Sequence record: SRR2962707_3124
DNA: 20,000 nt
Strand: one strand, 5' to 3'
Positions within the stretch are counted from its first letter, which is position 1. Each line of letters starts with the position of its first letter. The notes under the pieces are model-generated. The model searched no databases and had not been told where the DNA came from. It worked only from the letters and a program-made list of their open reading frames with translations. The position numbers and the translations under genes were made by a program. Below are positions 1 to 8,391 of this stretch, piece by piece.

Positions 1-910
1 GCGCGGCGTCATGATGCTTGCTCACAATGTGCATGATGTTCAGGTCTTTAAGCGCCATGTTCATGCCAACCGCCTAAACGGTGTTGATAATGAATGGCTG
101 ACAACGCAGGAAGCTAAGGATTTTTGTCCACCGCTCAATGTATCTCAAAGTGCGCGCTATCCTGTTATGGGCGCGGCGTTACAGCGCCGCGGCGGCACGG
201 CACGTCATGATGCGGTTGCTTGGGGTTATGCGCGTGCCGCATCAGCTCTTGGTGTGCATGTTATTCAAAATTGCGAAGTGAAAAACATTAAACGCGGCGC
301 AAATGGTGCCGTCACTGGTGTTGAAACATCACGCGGCTTTATTGGCGCTAAGAAAGTTGGTGTTGTCGCTGCGGGTAATACGTCAAATGTCATGCAGATG
401 GCTGATGTGCGTATGCCGCTTGAAAGCTTTCCGCTTCAAGCATTGGTCTCAGAGCCGGTCAAACCGTGCTTTCCGTGCGTCGTGATGTCTAACACCGTTC
501 ATGCTTATATTTCGCAGTCCGATAAGGGGGAGTTGGTCATTGGCGCAGGCACGGATCAGTACACATCTTATTCGCAAACCGGCGGTCTTCATATTTTAGA
601 GCATACGCTTGATGCGATATGCGAAATGTTCCCGATATTTACGCGCATGAAAATGCTGCGCTCTTGGGGCGGTATTGTCGACGTGACGCCGGACCGTTCG
701 CCGATCATTGGCAAAACACCGGTCTCTGGCCTTTATGTGAATTGCGGATGGGGCACGGGCGGCTTTAAGGCGACACCTGGCTCTGGCAATGTGTTCGCTC
801 ATACGATTGCGCACGACAAGCCGCACCCAATCAATGAAGGCTACACGCTTGAGCGCTTTAATACAGGGTATCTGATCGATGAAGCTGCCGCTGCAGCGGT
901 CGCCCATTAA
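1..910 (+). CDS. soxB: Sarcosine oxidase subunit beta (5'-truncated by window edge)
   Basis: GTARHDAVAWGYAR (region of the covalent-FMN His), PLQALVSEP, GWGTGGFKATPGSG and C-terminal IDEAAAAAVAH. The N-terminal FAD-binding GxGxxG part is missing, so the gene starts upstream of base 1. Followed by soxDAG. Confidence 0.95.
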   Translation, partial: RGVMMLAHNVHDVQVFKRHVHANRLNGVDNEWLTTQEAKDFCPPLNVSQSARYPVMGAALQRRGGTARHDAVAWGYARAASALGVHVIQNCEVKNIKRGANGAVTGVETSRGFIGAKKVGVVAAGNTSNVMQMADVRMPLESFPLQALVSEPVKPCFPCVVMSNTVHAYISQSDKGELVIGAGTDQYTSYSQTGGLHILEHTLDAICEMFPIFTRMKMLRSWGGIVDVTPDRSPIIGKTPVSGLYVNCGWGTGGFKATPGSGNVFAHTIAHDKPHPINEGYTLERFNTGYLIDEAAAAAVAH

Positions 911-968
911 TATCACGAACGAATTATACTGACTGGCTCTTATTGTGAGCCGCACGGAAAGATCGAAT

Positions 969-1274
969 ATGTTGCTTATCCATTGCCCTTATTGCGCAGA
1001 AGAACGACCAGAGCTGGAGTTTCGCCATGCTGGTGAAGCGCACATCGAACGGCCGACTAAAATGGGCGAGATGAGCGACGCTGAATTTGCGAAATATTTC
1101 TATTATCGCGAGAACAATAAAGGCATCACCTTTGAACGGTGGCGGCATATGCATGGCTGCGGTCGTTTTTTCAATACGGTGCGTGACACGGTTTCGGATA
1201 AATTTGTGACAACTTACAAGGCAGGTGAACCCAAACCATCGCTTGAAAGCCTATCCAATAAGGCAGGTGCATAA
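969..1274 (+). CDS. soxD: Sarcosine oxidase subunit delta
   Basis: MLLIHCPYC...ERWRHMHGCGRFFN carries the Cys/Cys/His/Cys zinc ligands. ATG 969, preceded by ACGGAAAG, is preferred over the ORF-track GTG 945. Confidence 0.95.
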   Translation: MLLIHCPYCAEERPELEFRHAGEAHIERPTKMGEMSDAEFAKYFYYRENNKGITFERWRHMHGCGRFFNTVRDTVSDKFVTTYKAGEPKPSLESLSNKAGA

Positions 1275-4273
1275 TGAGCGCTTCATCTAATCGTATTACT
1301 GGCAAAGGGCGCTTGTCGCCTGCCAATGAAATTCACTTTTCGTTTGATGGCAAGGCGCTGCCCGCGCTTGCCGGTGACACCGTGGCTTCTGCACTGATTG
1401 CCAATAATATTCATCTTGTTGGTCGTTCATTTAAGTATCACCGCCCGCGCGGGATTGTGTCTGCTGGACCGGAAGAACCAAACGCATTGTTGGGTATTGC
1501 ACGTGATCCAACGCGCCATACGCCCAATGTACGCGCTACGGTGCAGGAAGTTTATGATGGGCTTGTCGCTGAGAGCCAGAACCGGTGGCCATCGCTTTCA
1601 TTTGATATAGGCGAAATCAACGATGTTATGTCACCGTTTTTTGCGGCTGGCTTTTACTACAAAACATTTATGTGGCCACGTGCCGCGTGGGATAAATTAT
1701 ACGAACCGATCATCCGCAATGCGGCTGGTCTTGGTAAAGCGCCAACGCATATCGACCCAGATCATTATGCATCGCGTTATGCGCATTGCGATATTCTAAT
1801 CATGGGCGGTGGCATTGCTGGTATCAGTGCCGCGCTTGCGGCGGCGCAATCAGGTGCCAGCGTAATCATCTGCGATGAGCAGCCAGAAATGGGCGGCGCA
1901 TTGCACTATGAAAATGATGTTGTCGTTGATGGTATGCAAGGCTTTGATTGGGCGCAATCGGCGCTCGCTGAACTAGCGGCGATGGACAATGTGCGGGTGA
2001 TGACGCGCACAACCGTGTTTGGCTATTACGCACAAAACATGATCGGCCTTGTTGAGCGTGTGACAGATCACATGTCTGCGCCGGACGCTGATTTGCCGCG
2101 CGAGCGTATGTGGCAAGTTCGGGCGAAAAAGGTCATCATCGCCACGGGCGCAATTGAGCGTCATATGGTTTTTGCCAATAATGATCGCCCAGGCATTATG
2201 TTTGCTTCAGCAGCACGCACTTATTTGAACCATTTCGGCGTTGCGGTAGGCAAAAATGTCGGGGTCTATACAGCCAATGACAGCGCTTATGCTGCGGCTT
2301 TCGACCTTAAAGAAGCAGGCGTAAAAATTGCTGCGATCGTTGATTTGCGCGATGCGCCATCGCCTGCATTGATTGGACGGGCAGAGGCGCTTGGCATTCG
2401 TGTGCTGAAAGGCCACCACATTGTTGCTGCTGGCGGCAAGTTGCGTGTCTCATCCATGTCTGTTGCGCGCAATGGCAGCGATCCAACCGAGGTAATTCCC
2501 GTTGATGCGATCATTATGAGCGCTGGCTGGACGCCGTCTGTCCATATGTTCTCACAATCGCGCGGTAAGGTTCAATTTGACAAAGACAATAATCGTTTTG
2601 TGCCGGGTGTGTACGCGCAAGATTGCGTGAGCATTGGTGCCTGTAATGGCACGGATGATTTGGCTTCGACAATTGCAGAGGCGTTGAGCGCTGGCGAGAC
2701 CGCGGCCAAAGCAGTGCGCCCAAAATCGAAAAAATCAACGCTCAAAATTAAAGCCACAACTGAGAATTCTTGGCAGGGCAATATGTCTGGCGCTGCGCCG
2801 GGCGCAGAAGATGGCAAAGTAGTCAAAGCCTTTGTGGATTTCCAAAATGACGTGACAGCCAAAGACATTCGCCTTGCCGTTCAAGAAGGTTTTCATTCGA
2901 TTGAACATGTGAAGCGCTTTACGACAAACGGTATGGCAACAGACCAAGGCAAATTGTCTAACATGCATGGTCTGGCGATTGCTGCAGAAGCGCTTGGAAA
3001 AGAAATCCCTGAAGTGGGACTAACGACATTTCGCGCACCTTATACACCCGTCACCTTTGGCGCGATTGTAGGCCATGCGCGCGGTTCTCTTTTTGACCCA
3101 ACGCGGACAACACCGATCCATCCAAGCTCAGTTGCGCTGGGTGCGGTATTTGAAGATGTCGGCAATTGGAAACGTGCTTGGTATTACCCGCGCGGCGGCG
3201 AAGATATGCACGCGGCGGTCAACCGCGAATGTAAAACGGTGCGCGACTGCGTTGGTATGTTTGACGCTTCTACGCTCGGTAAGATCGAAGTGGTTGGCCC
3301 CGATGCGGCCGAGTTTATGAACCGGCTTTACACCAATCCATTTTTGAAATTGGGCGTTGGTAAACTGCGCTATGGCATTATGTGCCGCGAAGATGGCTTT
3401 ATCTATGATGATGGCGTGGTTGCCCGCATTGCCGAAGATCGGTTCCATGTGACCACCACAACGGGCGGTGCGCCGCGCGTGCTGCATCATATGGAAGATT
3501 ATTTGCAGACAGAGTTTCCAGACTTAAAAGTTTGGCTAACGTCCACGTCAGAACAATGGGCTGTCATTGCGCTGCAAGGCCCAATGGCGCGCAAGATTAT
3601 AGAACCATTTCTTGAAGGCATCGATATATCAGCGGATGCTATGCCGCATATGAGCATGGCAGAAGGTAAAATCTGCGGTGTGCCAACACGGCTGATGCGC
3701 ATGTCATTTACCGGTGAAGCCGGATTTGAAATCAATGTGCCTGCCGATTATGGCCAGATGGTTTGGGACACGCTTTACAATGCCGTGAAAGCGGTTGGCG
3801 GCTGTGCCTATGGTACAGAAACGATGCATGTGCTGCGTGCTGAAAAGGGCTACATTATTGTTGGCCAAGACACGGACGGAACGGTGACACCGCAGGATGC
3901 GGGCCTTGGCTGGGCGATTGGCAAAAACAAAACTGACTTTGTTGGTATGCGCGGCATGCAGCGCGAAGATTTGGTTGCCGCTGGCCGTAAACAATTGGTT
4001 GGGCTTAAATCCAAAGACGGTAAAACGGTCATTGAAGAAGGCGCGCAGATCGTTGCAGATCCAAAGCAAGCTATTCCAATGGATATGATTGGCTGGGTCT
4101 CTTCGGCCTATTGGTCTGAAAATGCTGGTGCGCCGATTGCATTGGCCTTGATTAAAGATGGATTTAATCTGATGGGCAAAACGCTTTATGTGCCAATGCC
4201 GGATAAGGTCATAGAGGTTGAAGTCTGCAAACCAGTGTTTGTGGATGAAGAGGGAGGCCGTATCCATGGATAA
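1274..4273 (+). CDS. soxA: Sarcosine oxidase subunit alpha
   Basis: 999 aa with GRSFKYHRPRG, AGFYYKTFMWP, the NAD-binding GGGIAG motif, KRFTTNGMATDQGK and a C-terminal GcvT-like folate-binding domain (DASTLGKIEVVGPDA, SFTGEAGFEI, LRAEKG). TAATG overlap with soxD. Confidence 0.97.
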   Translation: MSASSNRITGKGRLSPANEIHFSFDGKALPALAGDTVASALIANNIHLVGRSFKYHRPRGIVSAGPEEPNALLGIARDPTRHTPNVRATVQEVYDGLVAESQNRWPSLSFDIGEINDVMSPFFAAGFYYKTFMWPRAAWDKLYEPIIRNAAGLGKAPTHIDPDHYASRYAHCDILIMGGGIAGISAALAAAQSGASVIICDEQPEMGGALHYENDVVVDGMQGFDWAQSALAELAAMDNVRVMTRTTVFGYYAQNMIGLVERVTDHMSAPDADLPRERMWQVRAKKVIIATGAIERHMVFANNDRPGIMFASAARTYLNHFGVAVGKNVGVYTANDSAYAAAFDLKEAGVKIAAIVDLRDAPSPALIGRAEALGIRVLKGHHIVAAGGKLRVSSMSVARNGSDPTEVIPVDAIIMSAGWTPSVHMFSQSRGKVQFDKDNNRFVPGVYAQDCVSIGACNGTDDLASTIAEALSAGETAAKAVRPKSKKSTLKIKATTENSWQGNMSGAAPGAEDGKVVKAFVDFQNDVTAKDIRLAVQEGFHSIEHVKRFTTNGMATDQGKLSNMHGLAIAAEALGKEIPEVGLTTFRAPYTPVTFGAIVGHARGSLFDPTRTTPIHPSSVALGAVFEDVGNWKRAWYYPRGGEDMHAAVNRECKTVRDCVGMFDASTLGKIEVVGPDAAEFMNRLYTNPFLKLGVGKLRYGIMCREDGFIYDDGVVARIAEDRFHVTTTTGGAPRVLHHMEDYLQTEFPDLKVWLTSTSEQWAVIALQGPMARKIIEPFLEGIDISADAMPHMSMAEGKICGVPTRLMRMSFTGEAGFEINVPADYGQMVWDTLYNAVKAVGGCAYGTETMHVLRAEKGYIIVGQDTDGTVTPQDAGLGWAIGKNKTDFVGMRGMQREDLVAAGRKQLVGLKSKDGKTVIEEGAQIVADPKQAIPMDMIGWVSSAYWSENAGAPIALALIKDGFNLMGKTLYVPMPDKVIEVEVCKPVFVDEEGGRIHG

Positions 4274-4820
4274 TCTTGCTAATGTTATTCGCACCGCGCC
4301 GCTCGCCGGTAAAATGTTTGCCAGCAGTGCGGCAAGTGTAGCGCCTGCAACGAACGCCTATCGCTGTTCATTGCGCGCAGATGCCAAATCAATTGCCGCG
4401 CTGTCAAAAGCGCTCAATATTGATTTGCCTAAAAAACCAAAATCATCGTCGGCCAATGGTACACGCACCGCGCTTTGGCTCGGGCCAGATGAGTGGCTCA
4501 TTATCGATGCTGAGAACAACCCAACCGACGACCTTGCCAGCGTCAAAGCACTTCATAGCGCTGTTGATGTGTCACATCGCAATACCGCGATTATCGTCAG
4601 CGGCGATGGTGCAGCCGATGTGTTGAACGCGGGTTGTCCGCAGGACCTATCGCTTGATATTTTCCCGATTGGTGCGTGTTCGCGCACGATCCTCGGTAAA
4701 ATTGAAGTCGTCATTTACCGCACAGGCGCAAACCATTTTCGCGTTGAATGCTGGCGATCATTTTCGGCTTATGCTTTTGATTTTCTGAGCACTGCCGCGA
4801 AGGATTATGCGCAGCGCTAA
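4266..4820 (+). CDS. soxG: Sarcosine oxidase subunit gamma
   Basis: LWLGPDEWL, VDVSH, GCPQDL and ECWRSFSAY motifs. ATG 4266 has a strong SD (GAGGGAGG, about 4250-4257) and overlaps the soxA stop by 8 nt. Confidence 0.95.
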   Translation: MDNLANVIRTAPLAGKMFASSAASVAPATNAYRCSLRADAKSIAALSKALNIDLPKKPKSSSANGTRTALWLGPDEWLIIDAENNPTDDLASVKALHSAVDVSHRNTAIIVSGDGAADVLNAGCPQDLSLDIFPIGACSRTILGKIEVVIYRTGANHFRVECWRSFSAYAFDFLSTAAKDYAQR

Positions 4821-4824
4821 TCTA

Positions 4825-5295
4825 TTACTCTTGCTCGACGACGGCCAATGTAAGCCATGTGGCCGTCAGGGCAGGTTGCAGACCGCCTTCGATTTCAAGC
4901 TTCACATCATAAGTCGATAGGACGCGGCCAGATGGGCGAATATCGGCATCGACGAGTTTGAAAACAGCGCGTATGCGTGCGCCTGAGCGCACCGGCGATG
5001 TGAAGCGGATTTTATCGAAACCGTAATTGATGCCCATCGTTGCACCTTCAAGGGTAGGTAGCGCTTCATAGGTTAGGGTCGATAACATTGAGAGCGTCAG
5101 GAACCCATGCGCGATCGTGCCGCCATAGGGCGTTTCTTTTGCTGCGCGTTCGGCGTCAGAATGTATCCATTGATGATCATCGGTCGCGTCGGCGAATTTG
5201 TCGATCATCTCCTGCGTAACTTCGCGCCAATCTGAGGTGCCGACAATGGTGCCAATGGCCGCTGGAATATCTTTAAGTGTAATTGTTCCAGCCAT
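4825..5295 (-). CDS. MaoC/NodN-like (R)-specific enoyl-CoA hydratase / dehydratase, hot-dog fold
   Basis: Hydratase-2 motif FADATDDHQWIH, plus TIAHGFLTLSML and NYGFDKIRFTSPV. AGGA lies upstream of the ATG. Confidence 0.9.
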   Translation of the reverse strand: MAGTITLKDIPAAIGTIVGTSDWREVTQEMIDKFADATDDHQWIHSDAERAAKETPYGGTIAHGFLTLSMLSTLTYEALPTLEGATMGINYGFDKIRFTSPVRSGARIRAVFKLVDADIRPSGRVLSTYDVKLEIEGGLQPALTATWLTLAVVEQE

Positions 5296-5424
5296 TATAA
5301 ATTCCTGTCCATGTCGCGCTTTGAGAGTGTGCCAAATAATGTTGGTCAGTCATTAAGGGCGAAATCAGACAATGAAAAGCCTTTAGTCTTTAATAGACGA
5401 CAGACTCCCAGTCGCAGGGCATCT

Positions 5425-5883
5425 TTACAAGAAATTCTGGCTCGGCGTACTGGTCGCCAAATAGTTGTTTTTGCCTAGATAGTTCTCCGCCAACTCCCGG
5501 CAAAGGAAGTTTTCCAAATCTGAATAATTTTCATAATTGGGGCGCGGGGATGTGTAGATCAGCTTAATCTGCGCGTAGGTATCGAGGATGGTGATGTTGA
5601 CAAAGCTTCTTGCGATTGCCCCATTCATTGAAATGTTCAGCGAAACCGATGCCGGCGCGCCCCAGTCTGCCGATGTATTTGAAACATTCTCCAGCTGCAA
5701 ATATCCCGGCGAAAAGAACAGCATGGATGCTTCATTGACGATGTCGTTTAAACAATCGTGCATTTCCATTTCGACATAGCGCACATAATGGGCAAAATCG
5801 ACCAAGCGGAGTTCATTGACGAAACCAGATAAAGCCGAAGCAATATGGCGCTCAATTTCTTGATTTTCTATCGGCTCGTGCAT
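5425..5883 (-). CDS. Conserved hypothetical protein downstream of flhB in rhizobial flagellar clusters
   Basis: 152-aa ORF coupled to flhB by a TAATG overlap at 5883. The ELRLVD...DIVN...LFFSPGYL segment and the position match the unknown gene I recall after flhB in Sinorhizobium/Brucella. Confidence 0.75.
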   Translation of the reverse strand: MHEPIENQEIERHIASALSGFVNELRLVDFAHYVRYVEMEMHDCLNDIVNEASMLFFSPGYLQLENVSNTSADWGAPASVSLNISMNGAIARSFVNITILDTYAQIKLIYTSPRPNYENYSDLENFLCRELAENYLGKNNYLATSTPSQNFL

Positions 5884-6968
5884 TAATGCGCGCCTTTTCT
5901 AGCGTTTTGTGCGGCGTTCTTGCGAAGGAAGGCCAGAATTTGTGCAACGGCTGGGAAAAATTCAGCCGGAATTGGTTGATCTAGTTTTGAAATTTTGTAG
6001 AGACCGCGGGCCAATTGGACATTCTCAATAATTGGTACTTCGTGGGTTTTCCCGATTTCGCGGATACGCAGCGCGATGAGGTCACGGCCCATCGCGACGA
6101 CGACAGGTGCGGGATCTTTTTCGGGGTCATAGCGAAGCGCCACGGAAAAGTGCGTTGGGTTTGCGATAATAACGGCTGCAGCAGGGATGGCAGACATCAT
6201 GCGGTTGCGCGAACGATCAAGCGCCATAGAACGCTGGCGTGAGCGCTGCATAGGGTCGCCCATGGCCTGCTTCATCTCGTCTTTGACTTCCTGCTTGCTC
6301 ATCTTCAGATCGTTTTTCCACTGGCTGCGCGACCAAAACAGATCGAAGCCTGTGATCAGTGCCATTGTGACGACGATCGAGGTGATGATTTTCACTACTT
6401 GGATCTGCAGCGAGGCCAGAAACACAGAACTGTCGCTATAAAGTCCTGTCATCAAATTTTGAATGAAGTTGGACGTTATGAAATAGATGACAGCAACCGA
6501 CAATCCAATTTTGAAAGTCGATTTAAGGAACTCTACGAAGCCTTTGACCGAGAAAATACGCTCGCGGCCCTTCATAATCGAAATATGAGAGAATTTGGGC
6601 GCAACACGGTCCCAAACGATTGAAGGCGGGTTTTGAAAGACCGCACTTGCTATGCCCGCAAGCATGAGCGCAATGAAAAACGGCAGAGCAAATTTTATAA
6701 CGATAGTGCCGGCAAGCATTTCAAGAGCGTATAAATCTGATTGAGAGCTCAACGAAATTTCGCCTGCATGACCAAGCAATCCGGCAAGGCTGGTGCCCGC
6801 AATCCGCATATTGTCTGCAAGTGTAAATGTCGTGATAGTCAAGACAGCCAGAAGGCTCGCAAAAATTGACAATTCTCGGGAAACAGGCGTTTGACCTTTT
6901 TCCAATGCATCTTGGATTTTTTTCTCGGATGCGTCTTCGGTTTTGTCATCCTTTTGATCGTCAGCCAT
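5883..6968 (-). CDS. flhB: Flagellar export substrate-specificity switch protein FlhB
   Basis: N-terminal KTEDASEKK...KGQTPVSRE, four hydrophobic segments, MSKQEVKDEMKQ, NPTH autocleavage motif, ENVQLARGL. Confidence 0.97.
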   Translation of the reverse strand: MADDQKDDKTEDASEKKIQDALEKGQTPVSRELSIFASLLAVLTITTFTLADNMRIAGTSLAGLLGHAGEISLSSQSDLYALEMLAGTIVIKFALPFFIALMLAGIASAVFQNPPSIVWDRVAPKFSHISIMKGRERIFSVKGFVEFLKSTFKIGLSVAVIYFITSNFIQNLMTGLYSDSSVFLASLQIQVVKIITSIVVTMALITGFDLFWSRSQWKNDLKMSKQEVKDEMKQAMGDPMQRSRQRSMALDRSRNRMMSAIPAAAVIIANPTHFSVALRYDPEKDPAPVVVAMGRDLIALRIREIGKTHEVPIIENVQLARGLYKISKLDQPIPAEFFPAVAQILAFLRKNAAQNARKGAH

Positions 6969-6983
6969 TTAATCTGCCGATCA

Positions 6984-7991
6984 CTATTTTGTTGGAAGGT
7001 CTATTTGACCTTCGGATGCCATTTTCAAAGCAAGAGACGCGATTGATTTGCGGGCTTGTTTGATATTGTCTTCTGATACGGTTGAAGGACCTTGCAACTC
7101 CGCTTCAATCATTCGGCGTGAACGCTGGCCAATGCCTGACAATATTGCTTCACTGAGTTCAGCATCCGCACCGCGCAAAGCATTGGTAATAAGATCTGAA
7201 GGAAGCCCATCGCAAAGGCGCGAACGCGCTGGTGCGCCCAAAAGAACAATGTCCTCAAAGCGAAATAGCATCGTTTTTACCAAAGCAATTTTCTTCGCAT
7301 CCATCTTTTCAGTCATCTGAGCGAGGACTTTATCGGCAGCTTCTGCCGACATCTCGTTGAGGATTTCCGCAATTTTAGCCGCAGCTTCACGCGCTCCGGC
7401 CACATTTGGGTCGACTTTGAATTCTTCTTTTAAGCTTTCTTCAACCGCAGCGATCACCCGCTCGGGGACAGCGCGCGACGACAACATGCGTGCCATGACT
7501 GGTTCGCGCTTGGCTTCATCTAATTCTTCGATCAATGAAGCTGCTTTTTTTGGAGCCAAGTGCTGTAATATAATGGCAGCAAGCTGCGCAGATTGGCGAT
7601 TTAGGAACTCTACAACACGCGGTGTTTCAGATGAAGCGAGCAGCTCCCAAGCATCCACCTTTTCAGGTTCGGCAGGCGCAATTGCCTTTTTGGGACTGAT
7701 GAACGTATTGAGTTCTTCATCGGTCATGAAGTCGCTCAATATGTTCTGCATTTTGTCGGTTGAATCAAACAGACCAACGCCTGTTGTGAACTCGGTTTCA
7801 AATTCATGCACGAGTTGTTCAAGGTCGGGCTGTGGAATAGATTGAAGCGTGTGTGCCGCGTCAATCATGGCGCGCAGCTCGTTGCTTTTAAACTCTTTCA
7901 AGATCACACTGGCGCGCTCTTTGCCCATTGCGACCAAAATCGCAGCGGCACGTTGAGGCTTATTCAGTGTGTAGATCTTTGTCATGCTCAC
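6984..7991 (-). CDS. fliG: Flagellar motor switch protein FliG
   Basis: RAAAILVAMG at the N-terminus, AEILN, (M)LFRFEDI, ALRGA and RRMIEAEL. Start is GTG 7991 or ATG 7985. Confidence 0.95.
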   Translation of the reverse strand: MSMTKIYTLNKPQRAAAILVAMGKERASVILKEFKSNELRAMIDAAHTLQSIPQPDLEQLVHEFETEFTTGVGLFDSTDKMQNILSDFMTDEELNTFISPKKAIAPAEPEKVDAWELLASSETPRVVEFLNRQSAQLAAIILQHLAPKKAASLIEELDEAKREPVMARMLSSRAVPERVIAAVEESLKEEFKVDPNVAGAREAAAKIAEILNEMSAEAADKVLAQMTEKMDAKKIALVKTMLFRFEDIVLLGAPARSRLCDGLPSDLITNALRGADAELSEAILSGIGQRSRRMIEAELQGPSTVSEDNIKQARKSIASLALKMASEGQIDLPTK

Positions 7992-8015
7992 TCTTTTATG
8001 CTCACTACAAATCCA

Positions 8016-8375
8016 TTAGTCGCCAAGTTTTGTGACACGAATACACAGGGCATCGGGATCAACTGCGCTCGCCTCTAATTCGCCCGTGCCAATTCGTTTT
8101 CCGTTGACGGCAATGATGACAGGGTCGCCAATTTTTGAGTTCAATGTAATTACAGTATTTTTCTGAAGCGCCATTAACTCTGAAACAGTCATTTCCACTG
8201 TGCCAACGATCACCTGCACTTCGACGGGAACATCAAAAAGGTTCTGGTTTAGTTTATTTGGGTTCGTCACAATTTCTGTGTCACCAATCGAGCGTTCCAA
8301 TTCATCGATGGCTTCTGACAATGGGTCTGAATCGATAATTTTGCTGCTTTGTTCTTGAGTTTTTGTCTCTGTCAT
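8016..8375 (-). CDS. fliN: Flagellar motor switch protein FliN
   Basis: SpoA domain (DVPVEVQVIVG...GDPVIIAVNGKRIGTGE). ATG 8375 is chosen because the ORF-track start 8441 lies inside fliM. Confidence 0.93.
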   Translation of the reverse strand: MTETKTQEQSSKIIDSDPLSEAIDELERSIGDTEIVTNPNKLNQNLFDVPVEVQVIVGTVEMTVSELMALQKNTVITLNSKIGDPVIIAVNGKRIGTGELEASAVDPDALCIRVTKLGD

Positions 8376-8391
8376 TTTACTTGCCCAATTT

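Noticed and set aside
934..952. Small hairpin GGCTC-N7-GAGCC between soxB and soxD
   Set aside because: Only 5-6 bp with no U-tract. Too weak to call a terminator or regulatory RNA.
3704..4294. 196-aa antisense ORF over soxA/soxG
   Set aside because: Shadow of a well-conserved coding strand, with no recognisable motif and atypical composition.
5380..5420. Short inverted repeats (GTCT/AGAC, GACT/AGTC) downstream of the flhB-coupled gene
   Set aside because: 4-bp stems without a convincing poly-U tail. Not supportable as a terminator or an insertion scar.
7048..7845. 90-aa and 162-aa Ser-rich plus-strand ORFs opposite fliG
   Set aside because: Antisense shadows. The Ser/Ala richness mirrors the Glu/Ala codons of fliG.
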